Shown in pieces: positions 9,301-16,694 of a DNA stretch of 35,601 nucleotides. This DNA comes from a virus. Lineage: Duplodnaviria > Caudoviricetes. Both the position numbers and the translations under genes were made by a program. The stretch's first letter is position 1. Each line of letters begins with the position of its first letter. The stretch is taken from positions 1-35,601 of the IMG/VR virus record IMGVR_UViG_3300031644_000008; one strand, 5' to 3'. The notes beneath the pieces were generated by a model that worked only from the letters and a program-made list of their open reading frames with translations, was not told the DNA's origin and did no database searches.

Positions 9301-10246
9301 TGGTACTGATGGTGACATTGTTTTTTATCACGATAATTCTAATGGTTATCTTGAGAATGGCACTGGCAACCTAACACTAGACGTAACAGGAGTTATAGTA
9401 TTAGACGCTGATAATGCAGGAGTTATACAACTTAAAGATGGTGGCACACATTACGGTAGTTTCTTTACTTCTTCAGATGCGTTGAACATACAATCTAATG
9501 TTAATAACGGAGAAATGTTATTTAAAGGCGTTGATGGTGGTAGTGGCATTACAGCCCTAACTCTTGATATGTCAGCGGCAGGCGCGGCTACGTTTAATGC
9601 AGGAGTCTTTGCAGGTTCGGCATCATCTTTCCCTTCTATTAAAATCAATAACAATAGCTATATTGGTTCAGCAAACAACGCTACTGCAATACAGATTGCT
9701 ACCTCAGGTGCGGTTACTTTTAGTAGCGCTATTACAGCCTTAAGTGCTAGCACTAGTGTGGTTACTGCTTATTTAGCGAACAGCAATTCGTCAATTGCCA
9801 ACAGCGCATCATCAATTTTATACTTACAAACTTCAGGCGATGCGGCAATTCAAGATGGTTATAAAATGGTGACGTTTGCGGATTCAGATACCGTTCTAGG
9901 TAGTATATCCACAGCCGCTACATCTTCTAATGTTGCTTACAACACTTCTTCTGATGAGCGATTAAAAGAAAATATTGTAGATATGCCTTCTCAGCTTGCA
10001 AACATATTAAAAGTTCAACCGCGCCAATTTGATTGGAAGAAACACGGAAACACTTCTACAGGATTCATCGCTCAAGAACTCCACAAAACGTACCCAGAGG
10101 CGGTATCAGTCGGACTTGAAGACGAAAAGAAAAACCCTTGGTCGGTCGATTACGGAAGGCTTACTCCGTACATTATAAAAGCAATGCAAGAACAACAAAC
10201 CTTAATTGAATCACTAACCGCAAGAATAACCGCACTAGAGGAATAG
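6395..10246 (+). CDS. Long tail fibre with C-terminal intramolecular chaperone (peptidase S74-like) domain
   Basis: 1283 aa, Gly/Thr/Ser/Asp-rich beta repeats. N-terminal anchor (GHQHDG). SDERLKENI...GFIAQE...VDYGRL...coiled coil from about 9950. Confidence 0.9.
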   Translation: MAGTSYTRQSTLTDGDTITAALFNDEYNKLVSAFAYTTTGTTGHQHDGGAAEGGNIHTIGDQNFLNKIVVDSSNNRWGVFVEVGGSAVEQIRIQDGAIVPVTDSDIDLGTSSLEFKDGYFDGTIHVDTLDVDANATIAGTLGVTGNTTVGGTLGITGNTTIGGTLVVTGTTTLNGGTLTLGDAASDNVVFGADVNSNIIPNTDSAFDLGSSSQEWRDLYLDGTAHIDTLDVDVNATIAGTLGVTGVLTASSLDISGDIDVDGTTNLDVVDIDGAVDMASTLAVAGIVTANAGVKVDNITIDGTEIDSSGALTLDVAGNITLDADGGTVTFADAGSSLGTITSSGYSGTAAVATTVTITDNENTNENNAIVFTAGGDLDGGNLGLESDGDLYYNPSTSTLTVPNVSVSGTFTTVNSVTMDSNNAVIFEGSTADAHETTLTSVDATADRTITLPNVSGTVPVLAVASNTQITSTPEELNALDGITAVVGELNALDIGSTAVGTAVASKAVILDSNKDYTGIRNLTITGELDAATLDVSGAIDVAGTTNLDVVDIDGAVDISGNLNMSGSGLIRTTDGSAANPGIRIGVDNDNGIYRPSNNTIGFSTAGTERMHIDAAGIDVTGTVTATGTSVFASLDISGDIDVDGTTNLDVVDIDGAVDMASTLAVAGVVTANAGVVVDNITIDGTQIDLSSGDLTLDVAGLIVLDAGNQGVVQIKDDGTVYGTLFKSGSNFFIESNISDGDISFRGSDGGSNVTALTLDMSAAGAATFNAAINVGGTITGDDGLTIDGGAGNAFLSVGSNTGSWVWKNYQDSHKLALEDSDGTGEVLNFSTSGVASFSNNIVTSSGKVIVGSTSSVFTNSIISATSSTGPVVGAQSTAAAHYAGGFHNTASGAVDLVAFYTGSGALAGSIETGSSGEFIIESSISDKDLVFKGNDGGSAITALTLDMSTGGTAYFGDDVRLTDNHAIRLGTDGDIVFYHDNSNGYLENGTGNLTLDVTGVIVLDADNAGVIQLKDGGTHYGSFFTSSDALNIQSNVNNGEMLFKGVDGGSGITALTLDMSAAGAATFNAGVFAGSASSFPSIKINNNSYIGSANNATAIQIATSGAVTFSSAITALSASTSVVTAYLANSNSSIANSASSILYLQTSGDAAIQDGYKMVTFADSDTVLGSISTAATSSNVAYNTSSDERLKENIVDMPSQLANILKVQPRQFDWKKHGNTSTGFIAQELHKTYPEAVSVGLEDEKKNPWSVDYGRLTPYIIKAMQEQQTLIESLTARITALEE
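6713..9601 (+). repeat. Dispersed internal module duplications in the tail fibre
   Basis: Module C at 6713 and 7013 (26-bp identity at 6794-6819 and 7094-7119). Module A at 7145-7312 and 8291-8458, partial copy near 7990-8070. Module B (I-S---D-----G-DGGS--TALTLDMS) at about 8591, 9152 and 9488. Confidence 0.85.
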
Positions 10247-10250
10247 AAAC

Positions 10251-10595
10251 ATGGCTATAACAACAACTTGGAAAGTAAATGACATGACACACGTTGACGC
10301 AGATGGTGGCGTAATCAAGGCATATTGGACTTGCAATGCTTTGTCTGACACAACTCCTGCTTATTCAGCGGTAGAGGGCGGCAAGCTACTCTGTACTTAT
10401 GATGCTTCAGCGTCAGGCTATATTGCTTATGCATCGTTAACCGAAAATAACGTGCTTAATTGGATATATGACAGCCTAAAAGAAGGTAGCGAAACAGCGG
10501 CAGAAGCTAAAGCGCGTATTGAAGCTAACCGTACAGCAAGAGTGCAAAATCAAATTGATCGTGCAACAGCGCAAGCAACAGGAGTACCTTGGTAA
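10251..10595 (+). CDS. Tail-fibre-associated hypothetical protein
   Basis: 114 aa, GAGG RBS. Has 'YASLTENNVLNWI' and C-terminal 'GVPW', a pattern common downstream of phage fibres. Confidence 0.7.
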   Translation: MAITTTWKVNDMTHVDADGGVIKAYWTCNALSDTTPAYSAVEGGKLLCTYDASASGYIAYASLTENNVLNWIYDSLKEGSETAAEAKARIEANRTARVQNQIDRATAQATGVPW

Positions 10596-10756
10596 TGGGA
10601 TATTTATTAGACTTATACGTACTAGCAACATCTTTAGTTTCAGTAGCCTCAGTAATCTGCAACTATACCGAAACTCCTAAAGACGATATGTGGGTTGCTA
10701 AAGCCTACAAAGTTCTAGAGCAGTTTGCATTCTTAGGCAACAAAGCAAAGGATTGA
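10595..10756 (+). CDS. Small membrane protein, holin-like (53 aa; not in the ORF track)
   Basis: TAATG overlap, AGGAG upstream. MGYLLDLYVLATSLVSVASVICNYTETPKDD...AKD*: one hydrophobic helix followed by a TPKDD motif. Confidence 0.65.
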   Translation: MGYLLDLYVLATSLVSVASVICNYTETPKDDMWVAKAYKVLEQFAFLGNKAKD

Positions 10757-10760
10757 AATC

Positions 10761-10937
10761 ATGGAAGAAACAAAAGAAGGAATAGATATAGCGGCGGCAA
10801 GCACAGGAGTGTTAACTATGATTAGTTGGCTACCACCTATTGCTTCTTTGTTTACAATTGTATGGCTAGGCATTAGGATTTACGAATCAGAAACTGTTCA
10901 AAAGCTTATTAAAAAAGGTAGATTAAAAGATGAGTAA
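10761..10937 (+). CDS. Small membrane protein, putative holin (58 aa; not in the ORF track)
   Basis: AAGGA RBS. MEETKEGIDIAAASTGVLTMISWLPPIASLFTIVWLGIRIYESETVQKLIKKGRLKDE*: hydrophobic core and basic C-terminus. Confidence 0.65.
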   Translation: MEETKEGIDIAAASTGVLTMISWLPPIASLFTIVWLGIRIYESETVQKLIKKGRLKDE

Positions 10938-13900
10938 TAAAGAAAAAAAGAAAAACGCTAATAAGTCTTTAGAGGCTCTGAAACGTAAGCAATATGCTAG
11001 AGGCGGTAGAGGCGGTAGGTCTATGCCTAAGCCTCGTGATCTTTTTGATGATAGCGTTAAAGAGCCTAAGCCTAAGTTACAGCCTAAGCCTAAGCCACAG
11101 GTTCCTGCTCCTTATGATGACAGCAACCCGCCTAAACCTAAGCCTAAAAAAATTCCTAATCCTTCTGGGCCTATTGTAGCACCTCCAACAGATACAGTTA
11201 TTGTTGATCCTCCAACAAGCGGCGGGTCTAAAGTAAGTCCTGAAACTGTTGAGGGTGGTGGTGGTGGCTACAAAGAAAATACTGGAGTTGCAGGTGGTAT
11301 GGGCAATGGTTTTACAGGACTTACTCCTGCGCAGATAGCTCAGCTTGCTGACGACTACGGTAATCAAGGAGAGTATTTTGGCGCAGGCCAAGAAACAACA
11401 GCCGATACTGATCCTTCTGGTGGGCCGCAAGACGTATTAACTAATAACGACGATGACGATGACGATGACGATGATAGCGTCGATGACGATGATAGCGTCG
11501 ATAACGATGATAGCGTCGAGGACGATGATACTAGTGATGATAATATTGATGGTGTTATAGGTGTTACTAATACAGGCATTACAAAAGAAGCACCTACAAA
11601 AATTGTACAAGACGCGCCTGTAGCATCCTTAGTCCAAGCGACAACAGACACAATACTAAATGAAGATGGCACACTCCCCACAGGAACCGTAACAGGTGAT
11701 GATGACATTGAAAAGCTTAAAGACGCTACAGATGCAACATCAGGAGAGGTAGGAATACCAAAAGGATATTCTACTAAACCTAAAAAGGATAGGCTATACC
11801 GGACAGTTATGCCCGCAGACGGCAAGATATTTGTTTATGATAATGAAACAGGCGCACGTAGAGAAATAGATGACCCTAGAGCTTTAACAGCCGATCAAGG
11901 CAACGCAATTGAAGGTACTTTAACAGGCGAAGGGCAACAAGCAGAGCGTTATGACGCAACCACTACTGAAGGCAAAATGGACAAAACAGTAGCGGCTCAA
12001 TTTGAGGGCGACCTAACTAAAGTAGAAGCAGGTGAAGTAGATGTTACTGCACAAGCACCAGAAACTCAACGTGATGCCGCCGCTGAAGAAGCCGCATTAG
12101 GCACTGCCGCTGATAGACCAGAGTATAAAGATTATGCTACAGCCGCACAATCAGATAAGCGTTACGAAGTACTTCAAGCTACAGACCCTGTAGTAGCAGA
12201 TCGCATTGCTCAAACAATGTCTGAAAGAGAGCAAAAAGATCTTTTAGATATAGTATCTAAAGAAGGTGTTAATTTAGAAGATCTTCCTGAGTACGCGGTA
12301 ATAGAACGAACTACCGCTGTAGGCGAAGCTAAAAGCAGAAAAGCTTCTGAGATTGGAGATGTCCCTCCTGTTGATATGCAAGAGCGTCAAGGCATCACAG
12401 GCGAAGTTTCTAAAGGAAATGCTTCACAAATTGGTGGTATTCCAACAGCCCAAGCCGCAACAATGGATGCAGTAACAGGCCCTGCGCGTATGGTAGCCGC
12501 CGCAGACATGTTAGCAGTAGTTGCTAATGTGCCTAAAGAAGTTACAGCGGCACTTGTTGAAGACCCTGCAACTGTAATGGCTCAGATAGATTCTGGCGCA
12601 GACCCTAAAACTATTGCGGCTGTAGCGGCACTGCCTGTTGAAGCCTTAGTCTCTACACAGATGGAAGGCTTGTTAGCAGGTATGGAAGATGGCGAAACTC
12701 CTGCATGGGCTAGACCTGCTGTAGCGGCTTTAGAAGCTAAGATGGCTCAGAGAGGTTTAAGTACTTCTACTGTAGGCCGTGATGCGCTCTTTAATGCTAT
12801 TATCCAAAGTGCATTACCTATTGCACAGAGCAATGCTCAAGCACTACAGCAACGCGCACAGCAGAACCTAAGTAACGAACAACAAGCTAACATGTCTACT
12901 GCACAAAACACCATGCAAGTGCGTATGCAGAACCTTGCTAATTCACAGACCTCTGCATCTCAAACAGCTTCTATGGCTAATGAAATTAAAAAGCAAAAGA
13001 ACAGCTTTGAGCAACAAGCAGTAATGACTACTGCACAGCAAAAACAAGAGACAGATTTAACTAATGCACAGATGGCTCAGCAGAGAGCACAACAAGAATC
13101 TGCACAGAAACAACAGGCCGCTATATCTACTTTAGGTGCAGGAGTTCAAGCAGACTTAGCAAACTTGCAAGCTATGAATGCCGCACGTTCTCAAGACATG
13201 ACTGCCGATCAGCAATCAAAACTTGCTACATATAACGCTCAAGTTTCTAGGATTATGCGACAAGCCGATCTAGATCAAGACATGGAAAAAGCTAACATTT
13301 CTAATGAGCTTCAGCTTGAAATGAAAAATCTAACCGAACAGAATGCTACAGATAGAGCATCTATGTCGGCTGTTAATCAAGGACGTTTAGCAGACCTTAA
13401 TGTTCTTGTAGACTTTAAAAAGACTAATGCTAACCTTGCACAACAGATGGATCTTGCTAATCTAAACAACGATCAGCAAATGGAATTAGCTAACTTGTCT
13501 GAAGAAGCGGCAACAAACAGCGCAAACATGACTGAAGCTAGTAAAGTACAGCTTCAAAAACTTACTATCTATACAAACATGATGGCTAAGAATGAAGACT
13601 TGCGCCAAAATGCAGAAATGGCTCAGTTAAGCGCCTCTGAAAAAGTACAGTTAGCTAATCTTACTTTTGAAAACCAAGCTGATTCAGAAAGCATGAATGC
13701 TGAAAACGTAGCACAGCTTCAAATGTTTGAAAAGAAGATGGCGGCAGGACAGGTTAACGCACAGCTTGCACAGCAGATGGGACTTGCGAATCTTAGCAAC
13801 GAGCAAAGCGCCGCAATGTTTAATGCTCAAATGAACGCTAACTTTGACATGAGCAAAATGAGCAACGAGCAACAAATGGAAATGGCTAACAGTAAGTTTA

Positions 13901-14793
13901 TGCAGACTATGACGGCTACAAAGTTTAGTGCCGATCAACAAACAGCCCTTTCTAATGCTTCGCTACTAGCTCAAACAGATCTAGCTAATGCTGATGCAAG
14001 GACTCGTGCGTCTGTAGAGAATGCTAAAAACTTCTTGACTAAAGATATGGCTAACTTGAGCAACTCGCAACAAGCTATTGTAATGGATCAGCAAATAGCA
14101 CAACAGTCTTTGTTGTCTGATCAATCGGCACAGAACGCCGCAAAACAATTTGGTGCAACATCTCAAAATCAAATTGATCAGTTTATGATTAGTCAGTCTA
14201 ATAATATGATGCAGTTTAACACTTCTGCACAGAATGCTATGGAGTCTTTTAACGTCACTGAAGCTAATCGCACAGCGGCTATTGAAGCAGGAAACACTTT
14301 ACAAGCTGACTCTTTAACTGCACAACTTGAAGCAGATATATCTAAGTTTAATGCTTCGATTGACAATCAACGAGATACTTGGAATGCCGCTAATGCACAA
14401 GCAGTAGAGCAGTCTAATGTTTCTTGGAGAAGACAGGCCAATACCGCAGACACAGCCGCCGCTAACGCCGCTAATCAACAGAATGTTCAGAACGCTTATA
14501 ATATTTCTGCATTAGATCAGACTCAACTGTGGCAACAACTACGAGATGAAGCGGCTTATGTACGTCAAAGCTACGAAAATAACGAGCAACGAGAAGCGCA
14601 GTTAATTGCTACAGCTATTGGTAATGAAAGTGCCGCAGGTGAAGACGCAGGGACAACAACACGTTCTCTTATAAATATGATAAGTAATGCAGGTTTTGGT
14701 TCTGGAGTAGATTCTGTAGATTATAACAGTGGTGGTGGTAGTGGTTATACCGGAACTGGTAGTGGACAAAACAACGACGATCAAGAGAAGTAA
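10930..14793 (+). CDS. Large internal virion / ejection protein with long hendecad coiled coil
   Basis: 1287 aa. Disordered Pro/Lys- and Asp-rich N-terminus, then a Pro-free Q/N/A/M-rich 11-residue repeat region at 12823-14505. Lies in the block where podoviruses encode internal proteins. Confidence 0.7.
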   Translation: MSNKEKKKNANKSLEALKRKQYARGGRGGRSMPKPRDLFDDSVKEPKPKLQPKPKPQVPAPYDDSNPPKPKPKKIPNPSGPIVAPPTDTVIVDPPTSGGSKVSPETVEGGGGGYKENTGVAGGMGNGFTGLTPAQIAQLADDYGNQGEYFGAGQETTADTDPSGGPQDVLTNNDDDDDDDDDSVDDDDSVDNDDSVEDDDTSDDNIDGVIGVTNTGITKEAPTKIVQDAPVASLVQATTDTILNEDGTLPTGTVTGDDDIEKLKDATDATSGEVGIPKGYSTKPKKDRLYRTVMPADGKIFVYDNETGARREIDDPRALTADQGNAIEGTLTGEGQQAERYDATTTEGKMDKTVAAQFEGDLTKVEAGEVDVTAQAPETQRDAAAEEAALGTAADRPEYKDYATAAQSDKRYEVLQATDPVVADRIAQTMSEREQKDLLDIVSKEGVNLEDLPEYAVIERTTAVGEAKSRKASEIGDVPPVDMQERQGITGEVSKGNASQIGGIPTAQAATMDAVTGPARMVAAADMLAVVANVPKEVTAALVEDPATVMAQIDSGADPKTIAAVAALPVEALVSTQMEGLLAGMEDGETPAWARPAVAALEAKMAQRGLSTSTVGRDALFNAIIQSALPIAQSNAQALQQRAQQNLSNEQQANMSTAQNTMQVRMQNLANSQTSASQTASMANEIKKQKNSFEQQAVMTTAQQKQETDLTNAQMAQQRAQQESAQKQQAAISTLGAGVQADLANLQAMNAARSQDMTADQQSKLATYNAQVSRIMRQADLDQDMEKANISNELQLEMKNLTEQNATDRASMSAVNQGRLADLNVLVDFKKTNANLAQQMDLANLNNDQQMELANLSEEAATNSANMTEASKVQLQKLTIYTNMMAKNEDLRQNAEMAQLSASEKVQLANLTFENQADSESMNAENVAQLQMFEKKMAAGQVNAQLAQQMGLANLSNEQSAAMFNAQMNANFDMSKMSNEQQMEMANSKFMQTMTATKFSADQQTALSNASLLAQTDLANADARTRASVENAKNFLTKDMANLSNSQQAIVMDQQIAQQSLLSDQSAQNAAKQFGATSQNQIDQFMISQSNNMMQFNTSAQNAMESFNVTEANRTAAIEAGNTLQADSLTAQLEADISKFNASIDNQRDTWNAANAQAVEQSNVSWRRQANTADTAAANAANQQNVQNAYNISALDQTQLWQQLRDEAAYVRQSYENNEQREAQLIATAIGNESAAGEDAGTTTRSLINMISNAGFGSGVDSVDYNSGGGSGYTGTGSGQNNDDQEK
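11449..11538 (+). repeat. Coding micro/minisatellite for a poly-Asp tract
   Basis: (GACGAT)x4 at 11449-11472. 18-bp unit GACGATGATAGCGTCGAT x3 at 11467-11520, plus a degenerate fourth unit. Confidence 0.9.
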
Positions 14794-14819
14794 AACAAAT
14801 AATATAAAGGACAAAGCAA

Positions 14820-16052
14820 ATGGGATTTTTTAGTAAAATAGGCAGGGGTATTAAAAGCGCATTTAAAAAAATTGGCAAGGGCATTAAAAGCGCCTTTAAA
14901 AAGTTTGGCAAGTTTATGGGTAAGATTGGTATCTTGGGCCAAGTAGCTATGTTTTTTATTATGCCGTATGTTGGTGCGGCACTTGGAGGTGCGTTTACAG
15001 GCGCGGCAGGTGCATTAGCTACTAACACAGTTGGAGGTGCTTTAGGCGCAGTGGGTCAAACTGTAGGAAAAGTAATGCAGTTCGTAGGTAATACTGTAGG
15101 TAAAGCAGGCACAGTCTTTAACAATATAACTCAGGGCGTGACTGATACTCTTGGAAACTTTGCAAAAACTGCAAGTAACAATATGTTTGGTACTACGTTT
15201 GATGCCGCTTCAAATTTCTTTACAGGTGGAGACAGTGCGTTTAGTCGAAGTTTTGGCGCTGATTCTAAATTTCAGAACTTAACTACAGACTTTTCAAAAG
15301 TTACAAACGCTATAGATAAAACAGAAGAAAAGTTAAACACTAAGTCAGGTCAAAAAGCTATGGATCGAACAGTGGCTGAAAGTTACGGCAACGATGGCAT
15401 GGGTCTTGGTTCTGATTATGCTAAAGGCTATGACGATTTAATGGCTAGAGGAGAATCTAATTTTACAGCAAGTCTAGACCAAAATTATGTTCCAGACCCT
15501 GCGGCCTTTGTTGAAGGCATGGAGGTTAATCCTAATTTTAAACCGCCTATAATTGAAGCTCCTCCTTTAACAAACCCATCTTTACTTGGGCCTACTAGAA
15601 ATACAGGGCTTGCAGACACACTTAGAAATGTTGATCCTACAAGTGCTTTTACTGAAGCCGCAAATCAACCTGATCCAAGTTTCTTTGAACGACTAAGAAC
15701 AGGAATTAGTGAAGTACCTTCAAACATCTACAAAAAAGCAGGAGAGATAGTTGACGATCCATTAGGCTATGTTACAGAAGGGATGGAAGAAACATTTAAA
15801 AGCGGTGTTAAAACTAGAATAATGCAAGAAACAGGCATTCAAGCAAAGCCAGAATACAACGTACAGAACGTAAGTAATGTTGCATACGTTCCAAGCTTTG
15901 AAAGTTTTGGAGGTTCTCAACAACAGTATGGCGCTCCAGAGATTATGAACGCTCGTGCTTTTGAACAACAAGTAACTAACAGTCCTAGTCCTTATGGTTA
16001 CACCGCATTCCAGTACGGTAACTATATGGCTCAATTTGCTCAAACAGCTTAA
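14820..16052 (+). CDS. Putative internal virion / membrane-active ejection protein
   Basis: 410 aa, AAGGA RBS. Cationic amphipathic N-terminus, then a hydrophobic segment and Gly zipper (GAALGGAFTGAAGALA). Confidence 0.6.
   Translation: MGFFSKIGRGIKSAFKKIGKGIKSAFKKFGKFMGKIGILGQVAMFFIMPYVGAALGGAFTGAAGALATNTVGGALGAVGQTVGKVMQFVGNTVGKAGTVFNNITQGVTDTLGNFAKTASNNMFGTTFDAASNFFTGGDSAFSRSFGADSKFQNLTTDFSKVTNAIDKTEEKLNTKSGQKAMDRTVAESYGNDGMGLGSDYAKGYDDLMARGESNFTASLDQNYVPDPAAFVEGMEVNPNFKPPIIEAPPLTNPSLLGPTRNTGLADTLRNVDPTSAFTEAANQPDPSFFERLRTGISEVPSNIYKKAGEIVDDPLGYVTEGMEETFKSGVKTRIMQETGIQAKPEYNVQNVSNVAYVPSFESFGGSQQQYGAPEIMNARAFEQQVTNSPSPYGYTAFQYGNYMAQFAQTA
14835..14912 (+). repeat. 33-bp tandem coding repeat (KIGxGIKSAFK)
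   Basis: AAAATAGGCAGGGGTATTAAAAGCGCATTTAAA / AAAATTGGCAAGGGCATTAAAAGCGCCTTTAAA / AAGTTTGGCAAG. Confidence 0.85.
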
Positions 16053-16066
16053 AAGGTTTTAAAATT

Positions 16067-16690
16067 ATGGCAACAATAGAAGAAGAATACGCTAAACTTC
16101 GCACAAGTCCTAACCGTCCAATTCCCGGACAGTCTTTGACTAATGATCCCGAAAGCCCTGCGCCCTATGAACAAGCGCCAAAGTTTATCTCAGTGCATAA
16201 GGCTTCTGAATATTTGTGGGAGTCTTTTATTGAACCTAAAACTTATGTTAGTTTAATGCAAGCTGTAGATGACGGTGTTCCTATTATGAACATTGTTCAA
16301 ATTGTATTGTTTACTGAGTTTCAGGAAGGGGCTTGGAATCCTGATCTAATGTTGATGCTTGCAGAACCTGCGGCTTACATGATCATGGCTTTAGCAGAAC
16401 GTCTAGGTTTAGAGATGACTATATACACTGGCGATCTTGATGACGAAAATGACGAAGAAGATTTTGCAGGTACTAAAATAGAAGAAAGCCGTATTGAAAA
16501 GCTTATTAAAGATAGCAAGAATGGAAAAGTTCCTGAAGGCGTACTGACTGCGGAGATGCAACAGTCTTTAGAGTCTTTACCCGATGTAGACCTCGACAAG
16601 CCTAAAGCTGAGCCAAGCTTAATGGAAGCCCCCGCAGTAGAAGAAGAAGAGCAATCAAGTAGCCTTATGGCTAGACCAACAGGAGTTTAA
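16067..16690 (+). CDS. Hypothetical virion-associated protein (PIPGQSLT family)
   Basis: 207 aa, AAGGT RBS. RPIPGQSLT...PYEQAP...G.W.PDL motifs, acidic C-terminus. Confidence 0.65.
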   Translation: MATIEEEYAKLRTSPNRPIPGQSLTNDPESPAPYEQAPKFISVHKASEYLWESFIEPKTYVSLMQAVDDGVPIMNIVQIVLFTEFQEGAWNPDLMLMLAEPAAYMIMALAERLGLEMTIYTGDLDDENDEEDFAGTKIEESRIEKLIKDSKNGKVPEGVLTAEMQQSLESLPDVDLDKPKAEPSLMEAPAVEEEEQSSSLMARPTGV

Positions 16691-16694
16691 GAAC

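Noticed and set aside
6748-9654. Series of long minus-strand ORFs opposite the tail fibre
   Set aside because: They are codon-aligned shadows of the Gly/Thr/Asp/Val-rich sense frame, reproduce its repeats, and lie against the direction of the arm.
6395-10246. Fibre repeats as a diversity-generating retroelement TR/VR pair
   Set aside because: No reverse transcriptase in the window; differences between copies are synonymous and not adenine-specific; both copies are coding.
11077-11825. Minus-strand ORFs of 117 and 153 aa
   Set aside because: Antisense to low-complexity Pro/Gly/Asp coding sequence, giving Ser- or Arg-rich translations with no recognisable motifs.
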